A DNA stretch of 42,570 bases from a virus (Duplodnaviria; Caudoviricetes): the IMG/VR virus record IMGVR_UViG_3300032233_002213, positions 1 through 42,570 of that record; one strand, given 5' to 3'. The notes under the pieces are model-generated. The model had not been told where the DNA came from. It saw nothing but the letters and a program-made list of their open reading frames with translations, and did not search any database. The first letter of the stretch is position 1, and every line of letters begins with the position of its first letter. Below, piece by piece: positions 27,837-35,195 of the stretch. The position numbers and the translations under genes are program-made.

Positions 27837-28868
27837 TCAGAGGAGGCTGGTGTCAACGCTGACGGCTGGGTGGAAGGTGCCATCCAGCAGCTCGGCGGCC
27901 ACCTGGGGGCCCCTCTTGCCTTTGAGGCACGCCAGCAGCACCAGCTCCTGCCGCACCCTGGCGGCCCCAGGATCCTCCTGTGCCTGGCTCCTGGCGGGGG
28001 GCTGGTAGACGCTCCGCCGCTGCAGGATGGCGCTGTGATCTCGGTAGCCGCCCTCTGCGGGGAAACCCTGCTGCAAGGCCTCCTCCTCCTCGGGCCCGGT
28101 TTCCGGCTGACAATCCAGGGCTGCCTGTTCCCGCTGCTCCTGTTGTTCGGCGGCGAGGCGTGCTTCCTCCTGTTCGGCGGCGAGGCGTGCGGTGGCGCGT
28201 CGTTCCCCCTCCAGGCGCAGGGCCTCGGCAGTCTCCTCCGCGTCGCGTCGCGCCTTCTCCTGGCGGAGTTCTTCCAACTCAGCCGCGTCAGCCTCCGCCT
28301 TCAGCAGCTGGGCATAGAGCTCGTGCAGCCGCTTGCTTTGCTCGGCGGCCCGGTTGGCGCCAGCGGTGGCGAACTCCTCCAGGGTGCTGGTGTCCACCAC
28401 CTGGAGGGCCTCCAGCCGGGCCTGGGCTTCGGCGGATGTCGTGACGTCAGTGGTGAGACCCTCGATGTAGGCCAGAACGGAGCGGTGATCGGCGACACGC
28501 CTGGCCTCCCTTGCCTCAATCTCCTCAATCGCGTCTTTGTGTGGCTGGATTAGCGCGGCAACGGAGCTTTTGAGATCTTTGGCGGTCCTATCCACCTTTC
28601 GACCGCCTTCCAGATAAAACTTCTTGGCGTCTTCCCGTGCGTCTTCAATCTGACCATTCAGGCCGCGCAATTTGTGAAGCCAAGACCTGGCAGCCTTTAA
28701 GTCTTCAAGATTGTTGTAGTCAAAGGTCTTGCCTTTGCTTTCCTGTTCAGCCTCTTCGATCTGGTGCTTCAGGCCTTCCCATGCGGCAAGGGCCTTAACC
28801 TCAAGCTCTTGCACGGGCGGGGCCAGTTGCCCCGCTTCTGATGCTGGTACTGATGCGGTTGTCGTCAT
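27837..28868 (-). CDS. Coiled-coil protein of the recombination module
   Basis: E/A/R-rich coiled coil; AARSWLHKLR...IEDAREDAKK...GRKVD pattern. Confidence 0.7.
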   Translation of the reverse strand: MTTTASVPASEAGQLAPPVQELEVKALAAWEGLKHQIEEAEQESKGKTFDYNNLEDLKAARSWLHKLRGLNGQIEDAREDAKKFYLEGGRKVDRTAKDLKSSVAALIQPHKDAIEEIEAREARRVADHRSVLAYIEGLTTDVTTSAEAQARLEALQVVDTSTLEEFATAGANRAAEQSKRLHELYAQLLKAEADAAELEELRQEKARRDAEETAEALRLEGERRATARLAAEQEEARLAAEQQEQREQAALDCQPETGPEEEEALQQGFPAEGGYRDHSAILQRRSVYQPPARSQAQEDPGAARVRQELVLLACLKGKRGPQVAAELLDGTFHPAVSVDTSLL

Positions 28869-29440
28869 GGGGTGCTCTCGGGTGTGTTTGCAATGCGCCG
28901 CACAGGGGCGGCAGGGGCTGGCCCGCCAGCGGGGATGATCCGTTGCCGAGCGGGCTCAGGAGGTGCGCCGGCCGGTGGAGGTGCCACCGGCGCGGGTGTG
29001 GGCTGAGCAGGCGCTGGGGTGGCTGCTGGCCGTGCTGGTGGGCGATCCCCCGCCAACCGGGTCACGACATAGGGCGCCCTCCTGCTGCGAGTCACGGCGA
29101 GCGCAATCTTCAGCTCTGGCGCTGACATGTCGCTCATGTGGCTGATGCGTATCCCACCGGTTTCTACGCCACCAAACACTACGCTGGGATCACGAAAGAC
29201 CGTCAACCGACGACCTACATAATTCTGCGCATTTACACCCCACACCGCAACCAGGACGCGGCACATGCTCTTGCATGGCAGGTAGGGGCGCCCGCCATCA
29301 CCTTCGTAGGAGATTACTACCGGCTGCTCCTTGGTTTGGCCGGCCGTAACATTCGTGATGAGAATCGTCTTGGGGCCGGCTAAAAGGTCGTCGGCGTTGA
29401 GCTGATTCGACTTGGGTTTAATCGCTTCGGACATGTCCAT
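28865..29440 (-). CDS. Conserved phage protein in the SSAP position (SNQLNADDL...PCKSM family)
   Basis: Coupled to the YqaJ gene; KSNQLNADDLLAGP, YLPCKSMCRVL and GGIRISHMS motifs; Pro-rich tail. Confidence 0.7.
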   Translation of the reverse strand: MDMSEAIKPKSNQLNADDLLAGPKTILITNVTAGQTKEQPVVISYEGDGGRPYLPCKSMCRVLVAVWGVNAQNYVGRRLTVFRDPSVVFGGVETGGIRISHMSDMSAPELKIALAVTRSRRAPYVVTRLAGDRPPARPAATPAPAQPTPAPVAPPPAGAPPEPARQRIIPAGGPAPAAPVRRIANTPESTP

Positions 29441-30129
29441 TAGACAATGATCTCCTCGCCAGGATCTTGGATGAAATCAACCGGTTCGGTGTCAACCATT
29501 GTAAGGGTGATGCAGCTGTAATCGGAAAGCATTTGAGCCAACTGCTTTTCTGCTGCATGTGCAGCGGTCTCAATGGCCAAGATCATTTCTTCGTCTCTGC
29601 ATACCCTGTGGCAGTAGAAAGAAAGGCCTGGGGTGTAAGAGACAAAGTCAACCCAAGATCTGCCGGTAACCAGCAAGCCGGTCTGAATTTGAATTGTAAA
29701 CTCTGAAGGGACTCCGCCTTCCAGAATGTTTTTGATGTGATGCTTTGACAGGCGAGACTTAATCTCAAGCAAACCGTCATCCCCGACCACACCGTCTGGG
29801 CTGAACCCGAGGGTAAAGCCTTCGTAGTGCCGCTGAATGAAGCCGCACTCGGTAACGGGGAGATAATGCTTGGCATACAGATCACGGGCGTAGGGCTCCA
29901 GCATGTGGCCCCGTAGCATGTCGTTGCTGCAGTAGGAGGAGGAGTCGCTGGCGCCAGTGATTCGTTCGGCGAGGAGTTGAGCCAGGTAGGCGCGGCTGGT
30001 GTCATTGTTGGCCGGCTTTCCGGTTGGGGTGACCAACACCTTCATGGCGCTGGCTGTGATGACCCCCCGGCGGATGGCATCCCATTCCGGGGTGCCCTGC
30101 GTGATGTCCCAATGATAGGTGGGATCCAT
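29440..30129 (-). CDS. YqaJ/lambda-exonuclease family recombination nuclease
   Basis: QGTPEWDAIRRGVITAS, RGHMLEP, SPDG, LEIK, QIQTGL, DFVSY. Confidence 0.93.
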   Translation of the reverse strand: MDPTYHWDITQGTPEWDAIRRGVITASAMKVLVTPTGKPANNDTSRAYLAQLLAERITGASDSSSYCSNDMLRGHMLEPYARDLYAKHYLPVTECGFIQRHYEGFTLGFSPDGVVGDDGLLEIKSRLSKHHIKNILEGGVPSEFTIQIQTGLLVTGRSWVDFVSYTPGLSFYCHRVCRDEEMILAIETAAHAAEKQLAQMLSDYSCITLTMVDTEPVDFIQDPGEEIIV

Positions 30130-30199
30130 GGGTTTTCGTTTGAACCCGCCAACCCTAGCACACTCCTAGTATTCTATGGCGGCAAGGTTGAGAGTTGTT

Positions 30200-30700
30200 T
30201 CACTCCGCTATAAGGGCGGCCCGTTCGGCTTCCACTGCGGCGCGGGCTTCCTCGGAGGATCGCGCAACGACCGCGATCCCACCGGCCTGGCGCACTTGCT
30301 CCAGCCATGTGCGTTGATCGTCCGCCAGCCGCCCGCCATGGCGGCGCTTCGATTCAACGGACAGGAACACCGCCAGACGAATGGTCCTGCCTACCATGGC
30401 ATCCGTGATCGGGATCTCAATCGTTTCCCAGCCCACGTTGTCGGCGGAGCCCTTCTGTAGGCCGGCGTGCAGAGGGCGGGCGTTGGGTACGATCACGTCT
30501 CCTGAGCGGATTGCGGCGCGGGCCTGAGCCAGATTCTGCGGCGTCACCCGGAGGGCTTTTCTGTGTCCATCTCCTCCGGCCCAGCCGGTCCCCACGTTGT
30601 TGCGGAAGATGCGGCGGGTTCCCCTGCTGAGATCGCGCCAGATCTCTCGCATGGTGGCGGATTCGAGCATGGTGGCGGGGAGTGCAGGGTGGTTCACCAT
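30200..30700 (-). CDS. VRR-NUC domain nuclease
   Basis: FRNNVG, GSADNVG, VESK, QRTWL, AGGIAVVARS. Confidence 0.88.
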   Translation of the reverse strand: MVNHPALPATMLESATMREIWRDLSRGTRRIFRNNVGTGWAGGDGHRKALRVTPQNLAQARAAIRSGDVIVPNARPLHAGLQKGSADNVGWETIEIPITDAMVGRTIRLAVFLSVESKRRHGGRLADDQRTWLEQVRQAGGIAVVARSSEEARAAVEAERAALIAE

Positions 30701-30770
30701 TTTCGTGGCGCCGGGGAAATGGTGTGGCGTCGTGGCCGGAAAAAGGGGAATGGGGCAGCCAGGGTGGCTG

Positions 30771-32315
30771 TCACACCCTCGCCCTCCTCACCTGCGCAAC
30801 CGGCTGGCGGTGCTGCGGGTACCGGCTGCCATTGCGGAATGAGATCTGCAATTTTGCCCAGCGCAACGCACGCACTGGGTCTACATCCTGCCCAGATTCA
30901 GCCTGACGCTTTTTGGCCAGCGCGAAAAACCGGGCCAGGGTTCCCGACGGGTCGGCGGGATTCCAGCAGGCACGCTCCTCCGCCTTCCGTGCCTGGGTCC
31001 GCTCCTTGCGCTCCTGCTCCTCCTGTTCGCGGCGCTGGCGGCGCTCATCCTGGCCAACCGGAAACTCAGCCAGCTGGCCCGGCAGCAACACCACATCGCG
31101 AACCTTCGGCGCTTCCCGCTCGTGGCCACAGTCCAGGCATCGGCGGCCGACCATGGCGGTGCTGTAACAGGCCTCGCACACGGCGACCGGCGGCACAGCC
31201 TCGCGTACCCGGCGCCCGCACCCGTCGTCCAGGCTCCAGAGGTGCATCCGACGCGCCAGGGGATCGCCCAGACCAGGGCGGCGGCAGTTGCCAACGTGAT
31301 CCAGCAGGTAGCAATCGGGCCAGGCGCTCGACTTCCTCAGGCCGCGGCCGACCATCTGCAGCCAGACCCTCAGGCTCTCCGTGCCGCGCTCAACCAACAG
31401 CGCGGCGATCTCAGGGATGTCCACACCCGCCAGCCACATATCTGCGCTGGCCACCAGATCCAACCCGCCGCCCTGCAGCCCCTCGCGGGCCCACCGGCGA
31501 TCCCTGGTGGGGCTGGTGCCGCTGACGTGCATGGCCCGGTAGCCGGCTTCCCGCCAGCGCTGGGCCAGGGCCTCAGCAGAGCGGACGTCGTGACAGAACG
31601 CGGCCGTGGGCCGGATCCGCCCGTCCGGGTCGACGCACAGCCGCTGCCAGTGCTCCAATGAGTCGCCCATGATCTTGGGCCGGCTCATGATCCGCCCTGC
31701 CTCTATCGGGTCCAGGTCACCGCCACGGCGGCGCACCTTTGCCAGATCGGGATCGACGGGGAATGACCAAATCCGAATCGGGGGCGATCGCCCTGCATCC
31801 ACCAGATCCACAAGGTCCTGGGTGCGGACCAGGTGGTCAAAGCCTCCCTCACGCATGGGGCGGCCGTCGGCGCGGACAGGGGTTCCAGTCAGGCCGAGTA
31901 CCAGCGGCCGGCCGAAATGGTCAAGGAGCCGCTGGTAGCTGGCGGCTATGGCCAGGTCACACTCATCGATGATGACCAGATCTGGCCGGGGGAGGGTGTC
32001 CAGCCGCCGGACGGCGGTCTGCAGGCTCACCAGGTGAACCGGAAGCTCGTATCTTGTGGGCTGGTCCCTCCAGATCCAGCCATAGGCGATGCCCTTCCCA
32101 TCCAGTCGGTCGGCGGTGCTCAGCAGGAGCTCCTCCAGGTGGGCCAGGAACCACACCCGCCTCCCCTCGGCAACGCGGCGACAGATGAACTCTGCGGCGG
32201 CGTGCGTCTTGCCCCAGCCGGTCACCGCCACGATGATCGGCGCCCGGAACCCATCGGCATAGGCCTGCTCGGCGTCCGCGAGGGCCTGCAGCTGATCGGG
32301 GTAGAGAGCGCTCAT
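30771..32315 (-). CDS. SF2 (DExD/H-like) helicase
   Basis: TGWGKT, IIDECD, GLTGTP, GVDIP, QMVGRGLR, LDHVGN and a C-terminal CxxC...CxxC. Confidence 0.93.
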   Translation of the reverse strand: MSALYPDQLQALADAEQAYADGFRAPIIVAVTGWGKTHAAAEFICRRVAEGRRVWFLAHLEELLLSTADRLDGKGIAYGWIWRDQPTRYELPVHLVSLQTAVRRLDTLPRPDLVIIDECDLAIAASYQRLLDHFGRPLVLGLTGTPVRADGRPMREGGFDHLVRTQDLVDLVDAGRSPPIRIWSFPVDPDLAKVRRRGGDLDPIEAGRIMSRPKIMGDSLEHWQRLCVDPDGRIRPTAAFCHDVRSAEALAQRWREAGYRAMHVSGTSPTRDRRWAREGLQGGGLDLVASADMWLAGVDIPEIAALLVERGTESLRVWLQMVGRGLRKSSAWPDCYLLDHVGNCRRPGLGDPLARRMHLWSLDDGCGRRVREAVPPVAVCEACYSTAMVGRRCLDCGHEREAPKVRDVVLLPGQLAEFPVGQDERRQRREQEEQERKERTQARKAEERACWNPADPSGTLARFFALAKKRQAESGQDVDPVRALRWAKLQISFRNGSRYPQHRQPVAQVRRARV

Positions 32316-32581
32316 GCGGCGTTCCCACCCCCACCAGGGCGCCAGGGCGGTGGGAACGCCGCCACGCCTTGGGAGGCGTTGAGGAACAGCCGGGCCAGAT
32401 CCTCCGCCGTAGGCGGGTGCTCCGGGTTCTGCTCGATCATGACCGTGATCTCGGCCGCCAGGTGTTTCAGTGCGGCGCTGGCGAGCTGATCTAGCCAGTT
32501 GTCGTCAACCGGCTGGATCTCTTCGTAGCGCCCCTCAAGGGCCGCCGAGGTGCTGCACAGCAGGGGGCTGTTGCCAGGCAT
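32312..32581 (-). CDS. Hypothetical protein
   Basis: Fills the gap between dcd and the helicase; ATGA-coupled. Confidence 0.5.
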   Translation of the reverse strand: MPGNSPLLCSTSAALEGRYEEIQPVDDNWLDQLASAALKHLAAEITVMIEQNPEHPPTAEDLARLFLNASQGVAAFPPPWRPGGGGNAA

Positions 32582-32582
32582 A

Positions 32583-33191
32583 TCAGCTCCTGGCGGTCAC
32601 GATCTGATGGGGCTGGTCTTGGTATTTCCCGTCCCGGTCGGCGTAGGTCACGTCGCAGGGATCGCCCTCAAAAAACAGTGCTTGCACGATGCCCTCGTTC
32701 GCAAAGACACGCGCATCTGCATCAGAACCGTTATACAATTCAATAGTGAGATGGCCCCGCCAGCCGGCTTCTCCTGGCGTCAGGTTGGCAATGATCCCAC
32801 ACCTGGCGTAGGTGCTCTTCCCGATGAACAGACAGGTGATCCCGTCAGGGATGATCAGATGGTTGAGGGCGACGCCGAGCGCGTAGGCCTTGTGAGGGTG
32901 AATGAAATAGCTTTCGCCGGTGTCCGGGTCGTGGTTAAGCTCTAGAGTCTCAAGGCAGCGGGGATCAAACCTTTTTGGATCAACAATCTTGCCGGGAATG
33001 TGGCGGTAAATCTTAAACTCTTTCGGCGATAATTGCAGGTCGTAGCCGTATGAGCTGCAGCCGTAGGAGATTGCCGGAATCCTCACTCCTGGCGGCATGT
33101 CTTTAATCTGCCGCACACATGACGGCTCAAATGGGGAGATCATCCCCATGGCAGCCTGCTCCTTGATCCACCGATCGTTCTTCAGTGTCAT
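32583..33191 (-). CDS. dcd: dCTP deaminase, cyanobacterial type
   Basis: LKNDRWI, SYGCSSYGYD, GKSTYARCG, TPGEAGWRGHLTIE, ANEGIVQ, YADRDGKYQDQ. Confidence 0.95.
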   Translation of the reverse strand: MTLKNDRWIKEQAAMGMISPFEPSCVRQIKDMPPGVRIPAISYGCSSYGYDLQLSPKEFKIYRHIPGKIVDPKRFDPRCLETLELNHDPDTGESYFIHPHKAYALGVALNHLIIPDGITCLFIGKSTYARCGIIANLTPGEAGWRGHLTIELYNGSDADARVFANEGIVQALFFEGDPCDVTYADRDGKYQDQPHQIVTARS

Positions 33192-33217
33192 GCGGTTGTG
33201 ATTGTGTGGTGTGAAAT

Positions 33218-33245
33218 GAAGCCTAGCATAAGCTTGTGCTAGGGT
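33218..33245. promoter_or_regulatory. Back-to-back divergent extended -10 promoters within a 22-bp palindrome
   Basis: CCTAGCATAAGCTTGTGCTAGG (33222-33243) reads TGCTAGGCT leftward and TGCTAGGGT rightward (TGnTAnnnT). Confidence 0.55.
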
Positions 33246-33265
33246 TTTGTGGCGTTCTCATGCTT

Positions 33266-33466
33266 ATGACAACAGAACAAGTAAATGTTCGCCTTCCAAG
33301 GGAAATGATTGACTGGATCGACAGTCACCCGCCCGTCAGCACCGCCGGGATGGCTGGTCAGACGGGGAGGCGCACGGCGGTTATCACCTACCTGGTAGGT
33401 CAGGCCATGCGGCGATCACCCAAGCGCCGCACGGGCAACCAAAGCGACGGCACCGGCGAACCCTAG
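33266..33466 (+). CDS. Ribbon-helix-helix-like regulator
   Basis: EQVNVRLPREMIDWID...RTAVITYLV; the only + gene inside the leftward arm. Confidence 0.65.
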   Translation: MTTEQVNVRLPREMIDWIDSHPPVSTAGMAGQTGRRTAVITYLVGQAMRRSPKRRTGNQSDGTGEP

Positions 33467-33531
33467 GACGTGCTCCCAGCGGATCCGTGGCGGTGGCCGA
33501 CGGCGCCGTCGGGTGGTCACGTAGTACCGGG

Positions 33532-34050
33532 TCATGTGGTCACCTCCCGGTCACGTGCATGCACCCACTTCAGGCCGATCAGGCGGAACAGTTCCGGCTC
33601 GGTCCTGACGGGAACAACTGTTCCATCGGCGCGGCGGAGTAGGCCGCCCTCGGAGTGGTACCCAGCCCGCACCCAGGCTGGGGCCAAGACCGTGCGGCAC
33701 CATTCCGCCGAGCCGGTGCGGATGGCACGCTGAAGACCGTAGCCGTCGGGATGAACCATGAAAAGGTCTAACTTCATCCCCTCAGGCAAGATCCGTTGGG
33801 TGTAGCGGCAGGGCAGCTCGCCCCGGACCTTTTCCCACTGGTTTACGACCGTGGCAATGCCCGACAGGAACAGTGGTGTGGCATCGTATGGCCTTGGCAC
33901 GCAAACGATCTCACCGTCACCGATCGTGGGCCGTTCGCGGCGGATACTGCCGGCCAGGCTGATGACCTCGCAATGCGGCTCCAGCTGCAGCATTGCACCA
34001 ACGACGATGTGCTGTGCCTCCTCCAGGGGGATGCGGTCGCCGGTGCTCAT
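33532..34050 (-). CDS. Minimal family-X DNA polymerase / Pol-beta nucleotidyltransferase (palm and thumb only)
   Basis: AGSIRR...GDGEIV, KLDLF, RTGS and EPELFRLIGLKW motifs; 172 aa from ATG 34050. Confidence 0.85.
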   Translation of the reverse strand: MSTGDRIPLEEAQHIVVGAMLQLEPHCEVISLAGSIRRERPTIGDGEIVCVPRPYDATPLFLSGIATVVNQWEKVRGELPCRYTQRILPEGMKLDLFMVHPDGYGLQRAIRTGSAEWCRTVLAPAWVRAGYHSEGGLLRRADGTVVPVRTEPELFRLIGLKWVHARDREVTT

Positions 34051-34667
34051 GGGCCCCCCTCTCGCACCATGCGGCCCTCGCGGTCCCAGCACAGGCCATG
34101 GCCTGGGCATTGGCGCACACCGTTGCCCATGTCGCGGCCGGCGGATAGCGGGATGCACTGGTGAGGGCAGATTCCACAGGCGGCGCTGGTGTCTGCGTAG
34201 GCATCCTCAAGCTCGCGCTGGAAGCGGCGCTCAGGCCACTGCGCTGGCTTGCTGCGCCTGGCTATAAGCTTGCGGAGGCCTAGAACCGAGTTAATCCATC
34301 TTGAGGGGATTAAATAATCAGTGTCGCCATCACAAGGGATTGATTCTCCCAGACAAAGCGGTGCGCCTAAGATTCGCTGATCATCGCGAATCTTGGTAAC
34401 AGAAAACAAACTATGTGTTATAGTCAGAAACCTTGTATCAACATGAATATGCCAAGGGGGAAAGCCAACGATACCTCCGTCTTCGTGAACTGTTCCGAGT
34501 AGCGGGATATGTTTCTGCCTGATACCGTGGTCATGGCGCCATCGCTCACCCTCCAGCGTTGCGCATGGCACCCAGTAGAACTGGCCCTCCACCACCTCGG
34601 CGGGCGAAGGGTTGGCAACGAGGAACTCGGCGAACCGGCGCAGGGCCGGGGGCATGGGGTGGGTCAT
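34047..34667 (-). CDS. Protein with C-terminal Rieske-type [2Fe-2S] motif
   Basis: CPH-x17-CPGHG near the C-terminus; H-E-D...HIHVD motif in the N-terminal part. Confidence 0.7.
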   Translation of the reverse strand: MTHPMPPALRRFAEFLVANPSPAEVVEGQFYWVPCATLEGERWRHDHGIRQKHIPLLGTVHEDGGIVGFPPWHIHVDTRFLTITHSLFSVTKIRDDQRILGAPLCLGESIPCDGDTDYLIPSRWINSVLGLRKLIARRSKPAQWPERRFQRELEDAYADTSAACGICPHQCIPLSAGRDMGNGVRQCPGHGLCWDREGRMVREGGP

Positions 34668-34840
34668 GAGGGAAGACGATCGGAGTTTTCTCTGACCGTT
34701 TTTACAATCAGGTAGGCGAGAAGTCCCGGCCTAAAAAAGCCAATCAATCCTATAGCGAGCGCTGCCAACCTGCCGCCGACTGGCACTCTTGCCGCATATT
34801 CCTCTATTAACCATTTTCGTCTTTCGGCAAGCGGATCCAT
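34664..34840 (-). CDS. 58-aa small membrane protein (not in ORF track)
   Basis: Hand translation MDPLAERRKWLIEEYAARVPVGGRLAALAIGLIGFFRPGLLAYLIVKTVRENSDRLPS; ATGA-coupled to the Rieske gene. Confidence 0.6.
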   Translation of the reverse strand: MDPLAERRKWLIEEYAARVPVGGRLAALAIGLIGFFRPGLLAYLIVKTVRENSDRLPS

Positions 34841-34907
34841 AATGTTTTTTCCGGGACGGCAGCCATAGGACCGTGCCGCCGTCCGTGGTCAGACAATACA
34901 CCTACCG

Positions 34908-34983
34908 TGTGCCCAACGTGGGCACAGAGTTGCAAACTGAAACATTTGCCCCCTAGGCGTGTGATGTGCCTAGTATGGGCACC
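34908..34983. promoter_or_regulatory. Two 8-3-8 operator palindromes at the divergent control region
   Basis: TGTGCCCA-ACG-TGGGCACA (34908-34926) and TGTGCCTA-GTA-TGGGCACC (34965-34983); the second overlaps the -10-like TAGTAT. Confidence 0.7.
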
Positions 34984-34997
34984 TCACGCACGCATCT

Positions 34998-35192
34998 ATG
35001 ACCCGTCCGAACCGGATCGTCCTCTACCTGCGGCCGGCGCAGGCGGCTTGGTTGCGGGCCTCGGCGGTCATCGCAGGCTACGGCTCCACCAGTGAATGGG
35101 CTCGTGCACTCCTTGAGCGCGTCATCTCTGAGGAGCAGGCCCGCGACGCAGCGCCTCCAGACCAAGGCCAGGCCCGCCAGGAGCAGGGCTGA
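34998..35192 (+). CDS. Ribbon-helix-helix (CopG-like) regulator
   Basis: NRIVLYLRPAQAAWLRASA...STSEWARALLE; first gene of the replication operon. Confidence 0.6.
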   Translation: MTRPNRIVLYLRPAQAAWLRASAVIAGYGSTSEWARALLERVISEEQARDAAPPDQGQARQEQG

Positions 35193-35195
35193 GCC

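Noticed and set aside
28144-28190. 27-bp-period tandem repeat
   Set aside because: Ordinary coiled-coil expansion (ARLAAEQ x2) within a CDS.
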